Assembly: GCA_051883395.1 (NCBI GenBank)
Contig: JBJETQ010000022.1
Location: 2,305 to 66,304, forward strand
Length of the DNA stretch: 64,000 bases
Source of the DNA: Christensenellales bacterium
Lineage (GTDB): Bacteria; Bacillota; Clostridia; Christensenellales; UBA3700
Direction: 5' to 3'
Shown here: piece by piece, positions 47,204-56,219 of the stretch
Layout of the letters: every line of letters starts with the position of its first letter
How positions within the stretch are numbered: position 1 is the stretch's first letter
Made by a program: the position numbers and the translations under genes
The notes under the pieces: generated by a model
The model's database searches: none
What the model was told of the DNA's origin: nothing
What the model saw: only the letters and a program-made list of their open reading frames with translations

Positions 47204-47372
47204 AAACTACTCCTAAATATCTAAATTATACCAAAAGACATTCGTTAATTCAAGCGCATTGATATATTTTTTATAGCAAATTAATTATTAATATAACAAA
47301 ATGCTTATTGACTACCAGTGTAAAATGTGCTAGAATTTTATTAATAGTAATTTTGTTACGCAGGAGGTTATT

Positions 47373-48959
47373 ATGAAAGTAACATATACCCAGCTTGAAG
47401 GCAAGCAGGAAGCCGGCTACGGCGTAACCCGTTGGCCAAACGCACAGGAAATCAACGCAAGTCTCAAAGAATTGACTGACAAGAACATTTACAGTATTCC
47501 AAAAGAGACTTATAAGGAAATTTGCAGCGAATATTATGACAAAAAATGCTCCAAGTCCAAGGCTATTACCGCAGAAGCGAAAGAATACATACCGGGCGGT
47601 GTGCAACATAACCTTGCATTCAACAAGCCGTTCCCAATGTGCATGACTAAAGCCGAAGGCGCTTATCTCGAAGATATCGATGGCAACAAATACATAGACT
47701 TTTTGCAGGCAGGCGGTCCTACCATTCTGGGAAGCAATTATCCTGCAGTAAGAGAAGAAGCTATCAAGCTTATCGAAGAATGTGGTCCTGTTACAGGTCT
47801 GTTCCACGAAGCTGAACTTCTCATTGCAAAAGAAATCAACAAAAACATGCCTAACGTAGAAAAATTCCGTATGCTCGGCAGCGGAACGGAATCGGTTATG
47901 GCTGCTATTCGTATAGCAAGATGCGCAACCAAGAAAAAGAGAATTATCAAGGTTGGCGGCGCTTATCACGGCTGGTCCGACCAGATGGTTTACGGACTTA
48001 AAGTTCCCGGAACGAGACAATTCCTTGAATCTCACGGTATCCCTAACAATATTTTCAGCGTAATTGACGAAGTAAGACCAAACGATCTCAATATGTTAGA
48101 GACGTATCTCAAACTCAACAAGATGCGTGGCGGTACGGCAGCCGTTATCGTAGAGCCTGTCGGACCTGAATCGGGTACAAGACCTGTTGACTGGGACTAC
48201 AACGCAGGAGTGAGAGCTTTGTGCGACAAGTACGGCTGCCTGTTTATCTTCGACGAAGTCGTTACCGGCTTCCGTGTAGGTCTGGGCGGTGCGCAAGGTC
48301 TGTTCGGAGTTAAACCTGACCTTACCATATTCGGTAAAATCGTTGCCGGAGGTTATCCTGCTGCCGGTGGCGTAGGCGGAAAGAGAGAACTCGTAAATCT
48401 TATGGCTGCGGGCGTTGCAGGCGGTGCTAAGAAGGCTTACGTCGGCGGAACTTTGGCGGCTAACCCATTGTCTGCTATGGCAGGTTACGTTGCCATCAAG
48501 GAAATTGCCAAGACAAACGCTTGCGTAAAAGCAGGTCTTGCAGGCAACAGACTTACCGACGGTCTCGTAAGACTGATTGAAGCATACGATTTGCCATACG
48601 TTGCTTACAACCAAGGTTCTATCGTACACCTTGAATGTACCGGCGCAATGAGCTATGACTTCTCGTCTATGAATATACTCAACCTTATCAAGGTTTTGAA
48701 GAAGAAAGACAGCATCATGGTAAGAAAAGTGGCTATGGAACACATGGGAGCCGCATATATGTCCAAGGGTATCGTTACTCTGGCAGGTTCCAGACTCTAT
48801 ACGTCTATGGCAGACACCGATGAAATCATCGACGAAGCACTCAACAGATTTGAAGACGTATTCAAGATGGTCAAGGTTCGTACCCAATCTATTGAAGAAC
48901 AGACCGCAGAGTACAGAGCAGAAAAAGAAGCAAGCAAAGCCGCTGCAAAAAAGAACTAA
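47373..48959 (+). CDS. class-III PLP aminotransferase, glutamate-1-semialdehyde aminomutase-like, with N- and C-terminal extensions
   Basis: IPGGVQHN ... AEGAYLEDIDGNKYIDF ... GSGTESVMAAIRIAR ... FDEVVTGFR ... DLTIFGKIVAGG (PLP-binding lysine). Confidence 0.75.
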   Translation: MKVTYTQLEGKQEAGYGVTRWPNAQEINASLKELTDKNIYSIPKETYKEICSEYYDKKCSKSKAITAEAKEYIPGGVQHNLAFNKPFPMCMTKAEGAYLEDIDGNKYIDFLQAGGPTILGSNYPAVREEAIKLIEECGPVTGLFHEAELLIAKEINKNMPNVEKFRMLGSGTESVMAAIRIARCATKKKRIIKVGGAYHGWSDQMVYGLKVPGTRQFLESHGIPNNIFSVIDEVRPNDLNMLETYLKLNKMRGGTAAVIVEPVGPESGTRPVDWDYNAGVRALCDKYGCLFIFDEVVTGFRVGLGGAQGLFGVKPDLTIFGKIVAGGYPAAGGVGGKRELVNLMAAGVAGGAKKAYVGGTLAANPLSAMAGYVAIKEIAKTNACVKAGLAGNRLTDGLVRLIEAYDLPYVAYNQGSIVHLECTGAMSYDFSSMNILNLIKVLKKKDSIMVRKVAMEHMGAAYMSKGIVTLAGSRLYTSMADTDEIIDEALNRFEDVFKMVKVRTQSIEEQTAEYRAEKEASKAAAKKN

Positions 48960-48969
48960 TACTAAAAAG

Positions 48970-48999
48970 GGGCTGTTTGGACAAACGAACAGCCCTTTT
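48970..48999 (+). terminator. hairpin terminator/attenuator after the aminotransferase gene
   Basis: GGGCTGTT-loop-AACAGCCC followed by TTTT. Confidence 0.6.
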
Positions 49000-49019
49000 G
49001 TCTTGAAAAGAGGTAACTT

Positions 49020-50555
49020 ATGAAATACATAATGGCGCACGACTTAGGTACAAGCTCGGACAAGGCTGTTTTGGTAAGTTTTGAAGGCAAAATCATAGGC
49101 ACCAAAGCAATACCTTATCCAACCTATTATCCTTCTCCCGCATTTGTGGAGCAAGACCCTATGGACTATTGGAATGCCGCATGCGAAGCTTCCAGATTGA
49201 TAATGAAAGAACACAAAATCAATCCGAGCGACGTAGAAGGCGTGGTTTTCAGTACACAGGCAATGGGCATTATCCCGGTAGACGAAAGGGGCAACGTGTT
49301 GCACCCTAACATTACGTGGGTGGACGGCAGAGCTCAGAAACAAGCCGATTCCATAATGAAAAAGCTCGGCGGCAAGGCGATATTTACGCTGGTTGCAGGC
49401 ACGCCGATTATGGGTAAGGACGTCATCGCCAAGTTGATATGGCTCAAAGAAGAAAGACCTGACGTGTACAATCATACCAAATATTTTCTGGACGTCAACG
49501 GCTTTATGAAATTCAAATGTACCGGCGAGATGGTCGCAGAACTGACGGGCGCATCCAGTTACGGATTTGACCTGAAAAAGAAAGATTGGCTCAGCGTACT
49601 GTCTTTGACGGGATTGGATATGAGCAAACTTCCGCCACTCGTCAAAAGTACCGACAAAATCGGCAACGGTTTGACAGCGGAAGCTGCAAAAGCTATGGGG
49701 CTGAAAGAAGGAACGTGCGTATTCGGCGGTTGCGACGATACTCAATCTGCGGCGATAGGCAGCGGAATGAACGGCGACGGCGACATTCATATTTATCTCG
49801 GTACTTCCGCTTGGGTGGGAGCTACCAGCAGAACGCAGACTAAGTTTAAAAACGGCGCTGCGGCAATTCAGTCCGCAGACCCTGAGATGAATCTCGTTGT
49901 AGGCATTACGGAAGCGGCAGGAAGCAATATTCAATGGCTGTGCGACCAATTTTTCAAGAGCGAGCAGAAGGAACTCGGCGACGGAATTTATTCTTATATG
50001 GACAAGGTAATCGAGTCCATTCCGCCCGGTTCAGACCATCTGATATGCACGCCTTGGATGCTGGGAGAGAGATGCCCCGTAAGCTCTACGACTACGAGAG
50101 CGACGCTATTCAACATCACTCCCGAGCATACGAGAGAACATCTTATGAGAGCTGTGTACGAAGGAATCGCATACAATCTCAGATGGATACTAGAAAACTT
50201 TAAGAAAGATTACAAGCTCAGTTGCAGAAAATTCAGAATTATCGGTGGCGGCGCATTGGATGACGCATGGATGCAGATTATAGCCGACGTTACGGGCGTA
50301 GAATTTGCCATTGTTGACAATCCACGCAACGCAGGCGCATTGGGAGTAGCGATTGTCGCATTGATAGGTCTGGGAGAGATTGCGTCTTTTGCAGATGCAA
50401 AAAACTTTGTCAAAGAAACAAAAACGTATAGACCAAACGCTCAGAACCAACACATCTACAACGAACTGTTCCAAAGTTATAAGGACGTGTATTATAGTCT
50501 GAGCAAGGCTTACAGAAAAGCTAACGGCAAGAGATTTGAAGGAGGAGAAGAATGA
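49020..50555 (+). CDS. FGGY-family carbohydrate kinase
   Basis: The N-terminus AHDLGTSSDKAVL, then W.DGRA, GGCDDTQSAAIGSG and GGGALDDAWMQIIADV are FGGY N- and C-domain signatures. Confidence 0.8.
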   Translation: MKYIMAHDLGTSSDKAVLVSFEGKIIGTKAIPYPTYYPSPAFVEQDPMDYWNAACEASRLIMKEHKINPSDVEGVVFSTQAMGIIPVDERGNVLHPNITWVDGRAQKQADSIMKKLGGKAIFTLVAGTPIMGKDVIAKLIWLKEERPDVYNHTKYFLDVNGFMKFKCTGEMVAELTGASSYGFDLKKKDWLSVLSLTGLDMSKLPPLVKSTDKIGNGLTAEAAKAMGLKEGTCVFGGCDDTQSAAIGSGMNGDGDIHIYLGTSAWVGATSRTQTKFKNGAAAIQSADPEMNLVVGITEAAGSNIQWLCDQFFKSEQKELGDGIYSYMDKVIESIPPGSDHLICTPWMLGERCPVSSTTTRATLFNITPEHTREHLMRAVYEGIAYNLRWILENFKKDYKLSCRKFRIIGGGALDDAWMQIIADVTGVEFAIVDNPRNAGALGVAIVALIGLGEIASFADAKNFVKETKTYRPNAQNQHIYNELFQSYKDVYYSLSKAYRKANGKRFEGGEE

Positions 50556-51181
50556 AAAACGAAAAAATCGTGGCTACGGTTGTAGATTACGCAAAAAAAC
50601 TTGCGGGCGAAAGAGTTTGCGGCGGCAAGGATATGATTGCGATGAGAGCCGACGACGAAATGTACGTTACTAAGGTTGGCGTTGACTTTGCGTCGATTAC
50701 CGCCGACGACGTCGACGTGCTGACTCTCGAACAGGCATACGGCGAGTATAAACTCTTTGCCGACGTGTTTAAGGCAAGAGAAGATATAAAAGCAATCTGC
50801 CATTGTTATCCTGCCTGGATACAACCGCTTGCAAAAGTAGGTGCGACGATTCCTGCGGTGCTTGACGATATGGCGCAAATCGTAGGACCTACCTGCAAAA
50901 CTTCGCTAGGCGACAGCGCAAGTATTATCAAGACGCTCAAAGGAAGAAATTCCTGCCTTATCAAAAACGACGGCTGTCTGACTTCCGGCAGAACTATGGA
51001 CGAAGCTTATACCTGCGTTCTTGTGCTGGACAAAGCGGCTCATTGTTACGTGTCTTCGGCTGTAATAGGCAAAAACGTCATTATCAACGGCATTGAAGCA
51101 AGACTTATGAGATTTATCTACAAGGTAAAATACAGCAAGAAAAACCAAGAAAATTTGAAGAGTGCAGAGGGGGAAGCGTGA
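50552..51181 (+). CDS. class II aldolase/adducin-domain protein (metal-ligand motif degenerate)
   Basis: Length and pattern fit the aldolase II fold. The usual H.H motif reads ICHCYP. Confidence 0.6.
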   Translation: MKNEKIVATVVDYAKKLAGERVCGGKDMIAMRADDEMYVTKVGVDFASITADDVDVLTLEQAYGEYKLFADVFKAREDIKAICHCYPAWIQPLAKVGATIPAVLDDMAQIVGPTCKTSLGDSASIIKTLKGRNSCLIKNDGCLTSGRTMDEAYTCVLVLDKAAHCYVSSAVIGKNVIINGIEARLMRFIYKVKYSKKNQENLKSAEGEA

Positions 51182-51182
51182 T

Positions 51183-51839
51183 ATGGCATGGGATAAAGAA
51201 ACAGAATTGAAATTGCGTCAGGTTATCAAAGACAGCGGCGTAAATCTTTTGAAAGAAAACCTTGTGCAAGGCACTTGGGGCAATACGGCTGTAAGACTTG
51301 ACGAAGACCACATGTTGGTTACTCCTACGGGCCTTGATTATATTGCCCTGCAACCCGAAGATATGCCTGTCGTTCAAATATCCGATCCGTCGATATGGAG
51401 CGACGGCAAAAAGCCCACCAGCGAAAGAAAGATTCACGCAGCGATTATGATGGCAAGACCGGAAATCAACGCTACCATTCACTCGCACCCTGTTTACTGC
51501 TCCATTCTCGCTTCGGCAAGAATAGAATTGCCTGTTATGAGCGACGAAATGCAGCGACTTGTAGGCGGAAGCGCAAGAGTGGGCGCATACGGATTGCCGG
51601 GTACCAAGAAGCTGAAAAACGGTACGGTTGAAGCAATGCAAGGAAGAAACGCCTGCTTTATGGCAAATCACGGTGTATTCTGTGCCGGAAAGGATATGGA
51701 CGAAGCCTTTGAAATAATAAGAATTATGGAAAAGAGCAGCTACGACTATATCAAAGAGCAGACTTTGAAGGCTACGGGACAAAGCACGTACAGCGACCAA
51801 TTGCTGTTTGATTACTTTGTATCAAAATACGGCAAATGA
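51183..51839 (+). CDS. class II aldolase/adducin-domain protein
   Basis: GNTAVRLDEDHMLVTPTG, SERKIHAAI, TIHSHPVY and MANHGVFCAG. ATG 51183 lies 1 nt after the upstream stop. Confidence 0.75.
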   Translation: MAWDKETELKLRQVIKDSGVNLLKENLVQGTWGNTAVRLDEDHMLVTPTGLDYIALQPEDMPVVQISDPSIWSDGKKPTSERKIHAAIMMARPEINATIHSHPVYCSILASARIELPVMSDEMQRLVGGSARVGAYGLPGTKKLKNGTVEAMQGRNACFMANHGVFCAGKDMDEAFEIIRIMEKSSYDYIKEQTLKATGQSTYSDQLLFDYFVSKYGK

Positions 51840-52234
51840 GCCTGCCTTTGATTGACAAACCGCTTACTGCGCATCAGGCGGCGCAGATGAGTCCGCTGGC
51901 ATTGGCATATATCGGCGACAGCGTTCATACTCTTTACGTCAGGACGGGTCTGTCGCTGAGTACGGGTAGCAAGCCCAATCAATTGCACACCGTCGTTTCC
52001 GATATGGTAAAGGCGTCGGCGCAAGCAGGAAAGATGCAAGAAATTTTGCCCTTGCTCAGTCAGGAAGAAGCGGAGATTTATCATAGGGGACGCAACGCCA
52101 AGGTACATACGATAGCAAAAAGCGCCAGCGTTGCCGACTACAAGCAAGCTACGGGATTTGAGTGCCTTATCGGCTATCTATATCTTGTAGGCAATAGCAA
52201 AAGAATAGAAGAATTGTTGAAAATAGGAGAATAA
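51836..52234 (+). CDS. mrnC: mini-ribonuclease 3
   Basis: LALAYIGDSVHTLYVR ... YKQATGFECLIGYLYL. Confidence 0.85.
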   Translation: MSLPLIDKPLTAHQAAQMSPLALAYIGDSVHTLYVRTGLSLSTGSKPNQLHTVVSDMVKASAQAGKMQEILPLLSQEEAEIYHRGRNAKVHTIAKSASVADYKQATGFECLIGYLYLVGNSKRIEELLKIGE

Positions 52235-52235
52235 A

Positions 52236-52979
52236 ATGGCACAGGTTAAGCCACAAGTTACTTTGTTGAAATACACGCCGGACCCTGAGCAAACCATTGC
52301 TCTGGCGGCAAAACTCTGTTATAGCGACGCAACTATTGAAGACCTTAAAGACGGCGTAGAGAGCGGCGACGTGTCCAAGTTTATTGCACGCTTGTCGTCC
52401 TTTGGACACATGTCTCCTTTTGAACACGCTAGTTTTACTTTTGGTATAGAAGGCGTTTCCAGAGCGTTGCTTGCGCAGATTACCAGACATAGGGTGGCAA
52501 GTTTCAGCGTCAAGTCCCAAAGATACGTTGCGGCAGGTAAAAACGTCGAAGTTTTCAATTATATCATTCCGCCTAGCATAGAACAATTGGGCGAAGAAGC
52601 GGTGGCAAAATATAACGAACAGATGGCTACTATGCAAAAGTGGTATACCGAATGGCAGACGTTGCTGGGCGGCGATTGCGAAAAGTCCAACGAAGACGCT
52701 CGTTTCGTGTTGCCAAACGCTGCCGAAACCAAGATGATAGTAACTATGAACGCAAGAGAATTGCAACACTTTTTCCATCTCAGATGCTGTCAGAGAGCGC
52801 AATGGGAAATAAGAGAAGTGGCTTGGCAGATGCTCAGACTTGTGATGGAAGTTGCGCCAAATGTCTTTTGCACCAGCGGACCTAATTGTGTGGCAGGTCC
52901 TTGTACCGAAGGCAGCAAGAGCTGTGGCAGAGCAAAAGAGATGAGAGAAAAACAACAAGGACTCAAAAATGGACAATAA
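52236..52979 (+). CDS. thyX: FAD-dependent thymidylate synthase
   Basis: ThyX signature RHRVASFSVKSQRY. Confidence 0.9.
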   Translation: MAQVKPQVTLLKYTPDPEQTIALAAKLCYSDATIEDLKDGVESGDVSKFIARLSSFGHMSPFEHASFTFGIEGVSRALLAQITRHRVASFSVKSQRYVAAGKNVEVFNYIIPPSIEQLGEEAVAKYNEQMATMQKWYTEWQTLLGGDCEKSNEDARFVLPNAAETKMIVTMNARELQHFFHLRCCQRAQWEIREVAWQMLRLVMEVAPNVFCTSGPNCVAGPCTEGSKSCGRAKEMREKQQGLKNGQ

Positions 52980-53538
52980 CAGGGACCTTGAACTCCTGCA
53001 AAAAATCAAACAAGGCGACGATAGAGCGCTGGAAGAATTGATGACCGCCTACAAAGGGGTCGTCAGTTCTTTGATGAAGGACTATTTTCTCAAAGGCGCA
53101 GACAAAGAAGATTTGTTTGAAGAAGGGTGGATAGGTTTGTATAAGGCGGTGTTGAGTTATGACAAGGAACAAAACGTCAGCTTTTACACTTACGCATGTT
53201 CCTGCATAAGAAACAAATTGTACGACGCCATCAAAAAGTACAATGCCCCTGCCCATAACGCTTTGAGCGAGCGTGTCGATATAGCGCAAAGCAACGATTT
53301 AGAAGACGAAGATTCCTGCATGGAAGAAAAGACCATGGAAAGACAAATAGTCGACGCCGTGATAAAAGGTCTGAGCAAAGAGCTGAACGAGCAGGAACAA
53401 AAAGTGCTTAAATATTATCTGGACGGCGAACAATACAGCGCTATTGCCGAGCAGGTGGGCAAGTCGGAAAAGTACGTGGACAACACCATTCAAAAAATAA
53501 AACGAAAAATAAAAGACCTTTCAAAACGACTTATTTAA
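52969..53538 (+). CDS. sigH: sigma-70 family sigma factor, SigH-like
   Basis: GDDRALEELMTAYKGVV ... YFLKGADKEDLFEEGWIGLYKAV closely parallels the region-2 sequence of B. subtilis SigH. The neighbourhood with mrnC fits the Firmicutes sigH locus. Confidence 0.75.
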   Translation: MDNNRDLELLQKIKQGDDRALEELMTAYKGVVSSLMKDYFLKGADKEDLFEEGWIGLYKAVLSYDKEQNVSFYTYACSCIRNKLYDAIKKYNAPAHNALSERVDIAQSNDLEDEDSCMEEKTMERQIVDAVIKGLSKELNEQEQKVLKYYLDGEQYSAIAEQVGKSEKYVDNTIQKIKRKIKDLSKRLI

Positions 53539-53566
53539 AGGCTCTGTCTGATGACAGAGCCTTTTT
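53537..53566. terminator. bidirectional terminator
   Basis: GGCTCTGTC-TGAT-GACAGAGCC flanked by an A-run and a T-run. Confidence 0.8.
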
Positions 53567-53584
53567 GTTTGCTACATTAACCAA

Positions 53585-54601
53585 TCAGCAATTTTCCAGA
53601 CACGTATTGAGTTTTTTGATGATATCACAAGTGATTTTGTCAACCTTTTCAAAGTCTACGCACGGGATATAAATCTTTTCTATCTCGCTATGGAGAGCTT
53701 TGGCTCTCTGAAATCTTTCCACCGCCCAGTCCAGCAATCGCTGTTGAGAGAGTTGCAAAGCGTAGTCGTCGGCGCTATCTTCAAGATAAGCCGAACAATC
53801 TATTATTGAGCAGTCGTCGGCAGAAAAGTTAGGATTGGTGGATATTACCTTGTCGGCAAAAACCAAATCGCAAACTACGTCGGGGTTGAGCGGAGAATAA
53901 AAGACGTCGTATTTGACAGATAATGCGTCTGCCATTGCTTTTATTTTGTCCATAATCAGATGCGCTACATATTTGTTGCCCACAAGACGATACGTCTTTT
54001 TTGTAAATTTGCAAGGCAGATAGACGTCTCCCAAAGCGGTTATCGCATATCCGAACAAAGCTCTCTTGCGTGGAAGGCTGTCGGTACATAGCAGACTCTT
54101 GGCAAGCGACGTTATCTTGTTGTCGTCAACGCCGTCCTTTGCCCTTTGATACAGGGTGTCAAATATTTTGCCTGCGGCAGATATAGCCATCGTCGCATAG
54201 CGGTAACAGTCGGCTTTGTCCTTGTTGATAGCCACGAGAGTTGCCTTGCTGTCGGCTAGCGACGTATAGTCGATACAGGTTGAAAGGTCGACAGTCCAGT
54301 CGGTACAGCATACGTATTTACTTTCTATCACGTGTGGCGCAGTTCCGTCTACCATAGCGATTTTTTGATTCGGCAAAGCAATTCCGTCAAGACTGTCGGT
54401 GTCGGCAGAGCATCTGAAATATTCGACGGGGAATCTGTCGCTTACGCTTGCGGCAATCTTTTTGAGCAAAGTGCTTTTACCCACTCCGCTGCCGCCTTTG
54501 ATTACAAAAAATGCTTTACAGGTGTCTCTGTCCACGATTCCGTCGTAGAGATTGACAAAGCCTTTGCCGGTGGTTGCTCCTGCAAAAAAAGAATTTTCCA
54601 T
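53585..54601 (-). CDS. P-loop ATPase of unknown function (PRK06851-like, common in spore formers)
   Basis: Walker A GGSGVGKST at aa 36-44. Size and layout match conserved clostridial hypothetical ATPases. Confidence 0.55.
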   Translation of the reverse strand: MENSFFAGATTGKGFVNLYDGIVDRDTCKAFFVIKGGSGVGKSTLLKKIAASVSDRFPVEYFRCSADTDSLDGIALPNQKIAMVDGTAPHVIESKYVCCTDWTVDLSTCIDYTSLADSKATLVAINKDKADCYRYATMAISAAGKIFDTLYQRAKDGVDDNKITSLAKSLLCTDSLPRKRALFGYAITALGDVYLPCKFTKKTYRLVGNKYVAHLIMDKIKAMADALSVKYDVFYSPLNPDVVCDLVFADKVISTNPNFSADDCSIIDCSAYLEDSADDYALQLSQQRLLDWAVERFQRAKALHSEIEKIYIPCVDFEKVDKITCDIIKKLNTCLENC

Positions 54602-54676
54602 TTAACACCTCACAACAAAAATTCATATATTTAAGTATATTGCAATAGCGCAATAAATATGAAATCAGGGTGAAAA

Positions 54677-55435
54677 ATGAATAACGTGATGGTGGTGGAC
54701 GTCGTAGACGAAAGAAGCCGTCTGGCGCTGCAAATTTTGCAGGAAAAATATGAGACGCTTACTCTCGGACAATATCTTGATTTGCCTGAGAGAAAACCAT
54801 GTAATATGATTTTGTCGGTGCCTTCCGTGCTAGACGAAAAAGCTGTGGCGAAAGTTGCGCCAAACAGCAGGATATTTTACTTCTTTATGGGGGCAGAAAC
54901 ACGGGACATACTGACGGAAAAAGGTTGCGAATGTATCAACGTTCTCAAAGTTCAGAGATTTGTAGACGTCAACAGTTATCTTACGGCGGAAGGAAGCCTG
55001 GAATATATCATACAAAACACCGACAAGTGCATACGGGATATGACGTTTGGGGTGATCGGGTGGGGAAATCTTGCCAAAGCTATGGTAAAGTTGCTCGGCA
55101 AGTTTGAGTCAAGGGCCATTGTTCTTACCCGCTCGAAGGAGGAGAAAAAGCAAACAGTCATTTCGGGGCGGGAATATATGCCGTTCGACGAGTGCGACTA
55201 TACCCAATTTGATTGTATTATCAACACCGTGCCTTATCGACTGTTTGAAAAAAATCCGCCTGTCGACCACGATGTGTTCGTTCTGGAATTGGCTAGCAAG
55301 ATATATCCCTTTGACTATGACGATTTTAAGGACAAAGGCATACGATATATGATTGCTTCTTCCGTGCCTTCAAAAACGGCGCCCCGATCGGCGGCACAAC
55401 TTTTGTGCGACGTTGCTCTGTCCCTGTCAACCTGA
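54677..55435 (+). CDS. dpaA: dipicolinate synthase subunit A
   Basis: Rossmann motif GVIGWGNLAKA. It lies immediately upstream of an unambiguous dpaB. Confidence 0.7.
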   Translation: MNNVMVVDVVDERSRLALQILQEKYETLTLGQYLDLPERKPCNMILSVPSVLDEKAVAKVAPNSRIFYFFMGAETRDILTEKGCECINVLKVQRFVDVNSYLTAEGSLEYIIQNTDKCIRDMTFGVIGWGNLAKAMVKLLGKFESRAIVLTRSKEEKKQTVISGREYMPFDECDYTQFDCIINTVPYRLFEKNPPVDHDVFVLELASKIYPFDYDDFKDKGIRYMIASSVPSKTAPRSAAQLLCDVALSLST

Positions 55436-55447
55436 TAAGGAGTGTTT

Positions 55448-56032
55448 ATGAATCTGACGGGAAAGAAAATCGGCGTGGCAATAACGGGTTCTTTTTGCAC
55501 CCTTTCACGCAGTTTGAATATGATAAAGAACCTTGTAGATATGGGTTGCGACGTTACTCCTATATTTTCGGAAAAGGTAGCGACGACGGACACAAGGTTT
55601 TTTCTTGCAGGTGATTTTCGTCGACAAGTGGTGGAAATTACAGGGAAGCAACCCATTACGGACATAGTCGGCGCCGAACCGATAGGTCCTAAAAAGATGT
55701 TTGATATTATGGTTGTCGCTCCGTGTACCGGCAATACGCTTGCAAAATTGGCACAATCGATGACCGATAGTTCGGTTACCATGGCATGCAAGGCGCATTT
55801 GCGCAACAATCGTCCTTTGGTCATAGCCGTATCGACCAACGACGGATTGAGCGGAAGTGCAAAAAATATAGGCAAATTGCTCAATTATCGCAACGTATAT
55901 TTTGTGCCGTTCGGTCAGGATGACCCGATAAAGAAAGCCCGTTCATTGGTGGCGGATTTCGATATGGTTACGCCTACGTTGGAAAAGGCGCTTGACGGCG
56001 AGCAAATTCAACCAATAATAATCGCAAAATAA
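55448..56032 (+). CDS. dpaB: dipicolinate synthase subunit B
   Basis: GKKIGVAITGSFCT ... TPIFSEKV..TDTRF ... APCTGNTLAKLA ... VSTNDGL..SAKNIG.L ... FVPFGQDDP. AAGGAG RBS precedes ATG 55448. Confidence 0.9.
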   Translation: MNLTGKKIGVAITGSFCTLSRSLNMIKNLVDMGCDVTPIFSEKVATTDTRFFLAGDFRRQVVEITGKQPITDIVGAEPIGPKKMFDIMVVAPCTGNTLAKLAQSMTDSSVTMACKAHLRNNRPLVIAVSTNDGLSGSAKNIGKLLNYRNVYFVPFGQDDPIKKARSLVADFDMVTPTLEKALDGEQIQPIIIAK

Positions 56033-56038
56033 TTTTTG

Positions 56039-56067
56039 AGCCATACTTTTGAAGGTATGGCTTTTTT
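56039..56067 (+). terminator. rho-independent terminator of dpaB
   Basis: AGCCATAC-loop-GTATGGCT followed by T6. Confidence 0.75.
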
Positions 56068-56219
56068 ATGCGGTGTTTTCAAGTTTTGCCAATCGAAGTT
56101 ATTATCAAGTCAGAGAAACAAAATCAATATGTACAAGGCACAAAATATTTGTTATAATAAACTTGAAATATAATAGCAGGCTTTGCAAACGTTTTTGTAA
56201 AGCGTAAGGGGCATATCAG

